This document shows, piece after piece, positions 60,697 through 64,000 of a stretch of DNA of 64,000 bases. The position numbers were made by a program, and so were the translations under genes. Source of the DNA: Octopus vulgaris. Lineage: Eukaryota. Each line of letters opens with the position of its first letter. The first letter of the stretch is position 1. Below the pieces are notes generated by a model. The model was given only the letters and a program-made list of their open reading frames with translations. It was not told the origin of the DNA and ran no database searches. The DNA is taken from NCBI GenBank assembly GCA_951406725.2, contig OX597818.1, positions 48,670,001 to 48,734,000 on the forward strand, written 5' to 3'.

Positions 60697-61830
60697 GGGA
60701 TCTTTTCATTTCCAAGGCCTGTTTTTTCAGATTTTTCCTACTTAACCAAACAATTTGAAACTTCGTATACTGGTAGAATGTGTCAAAAGAAAACATAATT
60801 GTAAACCAGAATGAAAACGGAATTGTAATTTCAAAGTTTAACGTTGTTTAATAATTAGAATTTTAACCAATGGTATTCGGTCTTTCGGCTTCATATTATT
60901 TACTCCGTCTCAATAGATGTAAACGGCTATTTTGCTGATGTATTTAACATACATGAAATGTAAACACCCGGTTACCGTATTCCTTCAGTTTCTATTCACA
61001 TTTTTTAAATATATTATTAACTAACTTATATATTAAACTTATATATTATATAACTAACTTAGTTTTTGTAAATTTTCGTATATTTTTAGTGATTTTTATT
61101 CCTTACTTTATTCGTGTAACTTTTATTTCTGTAACTTTTTATCTTTGGCAATCTTTCGTATGTGTGTGTGTGTATGTATGTATGGCCGATTCAGTGTTTA
61201 CATTATTTTGAGTTAAAACGAAAGATTACCTTTGCCATGTAGAAAATAATGAGGTTGACTCAATGGAATAATGACAGTGATCGAAGATATAGACAAAATT
61301 TTTTTTGGTAATCTTTCGTTTTAACTCGAAATAATGTAAACACTGAATCGGCCATACACACATACATACACACACACACATACATAGATACATACACACA
61401 CACACATACATGCATACATACATATACACATACACCGAGTAAAAATTTCAGTTATCTCTCTCTTTCACACATTACTCTCTCTGTCTCTTCACACACACTA
61501 ACAGAAGTACTTCACTTACACAACATACTTTCTGTCTCTCACACCCCATCAAACACACACACACGCACACAAAACACAGACCTACGCACAGCTGTCTACG
61601 TCACAAAATAGCTTTCTACGTCACACTAAGATAATGCAGTTAATTATTTCAAATGAAAACAAACAATACGATTGGTTAAAATTCGCAGATTTAATCTACC
61701 CTTAAAGTTATAAAATACATTTTTCTCAAATAAACAAGTTGAAATTAGTGTTTTCTTTTGAGACACTCTACCAGAATACGAAGTTTCAAATTATTTAGTT
61801 AACTAGAAAAATCTGACAAAACAGGCCTTG
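60697..61830. mobile_element. Large member of the GGGATCTTTTC MITE family, right terminus clipped, with a second internal inverted repeat (61181-61356)
   Basis: CAAGGCCTGTTTTTTCAGATTTTTC..GAAACTTCGTATACTGGTAGAATGTGTCAAAAGAAAAC is mirrored at 61750-61830. Confidence 0.83.
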
Positions 61831-61843
61831 ATAATAATAATAA

Positions 61844-62203
61844 CTAGCACTATGACCTGGCAACGTCGGGTCATAGTGCTAGTGCATGCATATACAGCTG
61901 CGTGCGTGTGCACATACACGCGAGTACTGTCCAAATCTCCGACCAATCACATACAGCTAGCTGGCATTCAATTGGCGTATCAAGTTTCAGGCATTTTGAT
62001 TGGGTTTTGGATAGAAAATTCACAAAAAAGTCACTTCTATTGATTTTTTAATGGCTTTGCGGGGTGACTAGGGAAATGTAAAGATGTGCACGACCACCCT
62101 TGGATGGTTTTGAATGACCTTAGAAAGTGTGAGCCCTCTAACTGAAAAATTGTGGATTTGTATAAAGGAAACGCACACAGACATTTTGCCATTTATATAT
62201 AGA
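61844..62203 (-). mobile_element. Non-autonomous Helitron with an extended terminal hairpin
   Basis: TCTATATATAAA start and CTAG|T end on the minus strand; ACTAGCACTATGACC/GGTCATAGTGCTAGT stem. Confidence 0.75.
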
Positions 62204-62609
62204 GAGAAATATTGCTCTATATAATTTATGTAGTTCAGATAATAAAATACTACAGACATACACCCTGTTCATAAACATCATACATTTCATTGTACTGTTT
62301 ATTTCACTTCTGTTTCTCCTCAACCTAACTCACCAACCTCCTGTTAACAAACACCCCAACCATTACATCTAAATCACTTGCTTGTTCCCTTTTACTAATG
62401 CTACCACTATCGTTAAATATCATCTGCTCTTTGTAGGTTGAATACTTTGTGAATACCATAGATTGCTATTTCAGTCTCTCTTTTTGCTGCCTTGGATTCA
62501 CTGTATTTTAAGTCTGATAAATTCTTGATGTTATCCATCCCTGTAATTCTTAGCTTTCCTATTCAGCTTTCCCTTTCATTTTGCCTTCTTATTAATAATC
62601 TCTAATTAA

Positions 62610-62886
62610 CCCTTTTGATAATAAACTTCCTGAGATCACGCCTGATTCTATCTATGTTCCCCATTTCCTGCTTTAAAGTGTTCTAGCTTAAAATTTTCTG
62701 GCAAAATTTCATGTTAATTTATGTTGACTTATGTTAATTTATGTTCTGAAAATTCATGTTAATTTATGTTCTGAACATCAGTTTAATAACGAGAGAGTTA
62801 TTTTTTCTAAATTCTTCATTATTTTCAAAATAAATTGAAACAAAGGCATTGTATTCCAACAGAAATGTGGTAATGAAATGAAATGA
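62610..62886. mobile_element. piggyBac-type MITE, decayed
   Basis: TTAA|CCCTTTTG start; interior similar to 18980-19596. Confidence 0.65.
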
Positions 62887-63085
62887 TTAAATCATCACCA
62901 TCATCATCTAACATCCACTTTTCAATACTTGCATGGGTCAGAGGGAATTTGTTGAGACAGATTTACTATGACTGGAATACCTTTACTGTTGTTAACCATT
63001 ATTCGTTTAATATTTCTCATGGCTAAAGGCAGGGAGCCGGCAGAAACATTAAATGCTTATGAAGCATTTACGTTAAATGCTATGA

Positions 63086-63420
63086 AGGCGGTGAGCTGGC
63101 AGAAATGTTAGCACGCTGGGCAAAATGCTTATTGGTATTTCGTCTGCCACTACATTCTGAGTTCAAATTCCGCCGAGGTTGACTTTGCCTTTCATCCTTT
63201 CAGGGTCGATTAAATAAGTACCACTTACGCACCGGGGTCGATTAAATAAGTACCACTTACGCACCGGGGTCGATTAAATAAATACCAGTTACGCACCGGG
63301 GTCGATATAATTGACTTAATCAGTTTGTCTGTCCTTGTTTGTCCTCTCTGTGTTTAGCCTCTTGTGGGTAGTAAAGAAATAGGTATTTCGTCTGTCTTTA
63401 CATTCTGATTCAAATCGACT
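63086..63420 (+). mobile_element. SINE family A with an internal 32-bp triplication (63202-63297)
   Basis: GGGGTCGATTAAATAAGTACCACTTACGCACC, three copies. Confidence 0.88.
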
Positions 63421-64000
63421 TTCAGGTCGACTTTCAGGGATGTTTGACCTCATGACTGGCACAAACTGATTTTAGGATTGATCTGAGATCAGACAAGGAT
63501 TCTGGATTATTTTTCCTGTTTTTTTTTACTTAATTTTTGTGAGTTGTCGGGTTCATTTTTAGTATTATCGTTTGTGAGAGCAGCCGAGTTTATTTCAGAT
63601 ATTCTCATTTTAAAAATCATCTCTGGTTAATCATTGAGAAGATGCTGGTGTTGCCTTGGTAGAGGTTTGCACTCTCTGAGAGCTCTTGTTTCTTATTGAT
63701 TTCCATTGATTTTCTTTTCTTTATATTCATTTCCATCCCATAGATATTCCTCATTTACTGTGGTTATCAGCTTCGTTAGATTGACAGTTAATAAAGCAGT
63801 ATCATTTGCATATTTAAGGTTGTTGATGTTTATATTTCCTTTATCATTTATCATTTACTTGTGTTAGCCATTAGACTGTGGCCATGCTGGGGTACCACCA
63901 TGAAAAAGTTTTAGCCGGTTGAATCTACCTCTTTATTTACTTTTTTAAAGTCTGGTACTTATTCCATCAGTCTCTTTTACTGAACTGCTAAGTTATGGGA

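Overview
AT-rich, microsatellite-dense animal DNA. The SINE/LINE repertoire looks like an Octopus-type cephalopod genome; this is an inference from repeat style, not a database result. Only one host gene can be supported: an ARV1 homologue whose whole CDS is one uninterrupted ORF (1313-2056, +). The other ~60 kb is nested mobile DNA: four tRNA-derived SINE families, CR1-group and RTE LINE pieces (the abundant (GAT)n-tailed repeat is the RTE 3' UTR), a Penelope-like element (RT + GIY-YIG), Tc1/mariner relics including a DD41D fold-back, hAT and piggyBac MITEs, a 6-bp-TSD MITE family, non-autonomous Helitrons and a probable solo LTR. The most striking unannotated signal is a set of Penelope-type minimal hammerhead ribozyme motifs at about 11 loci with mostly unrelated sequences. 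Six of these loci are non-coding fold-back (inverted-repeat) cassettes, several inserted in (TA)n tracts. Nearly all other ORFs in the track are artefacts of repeats.
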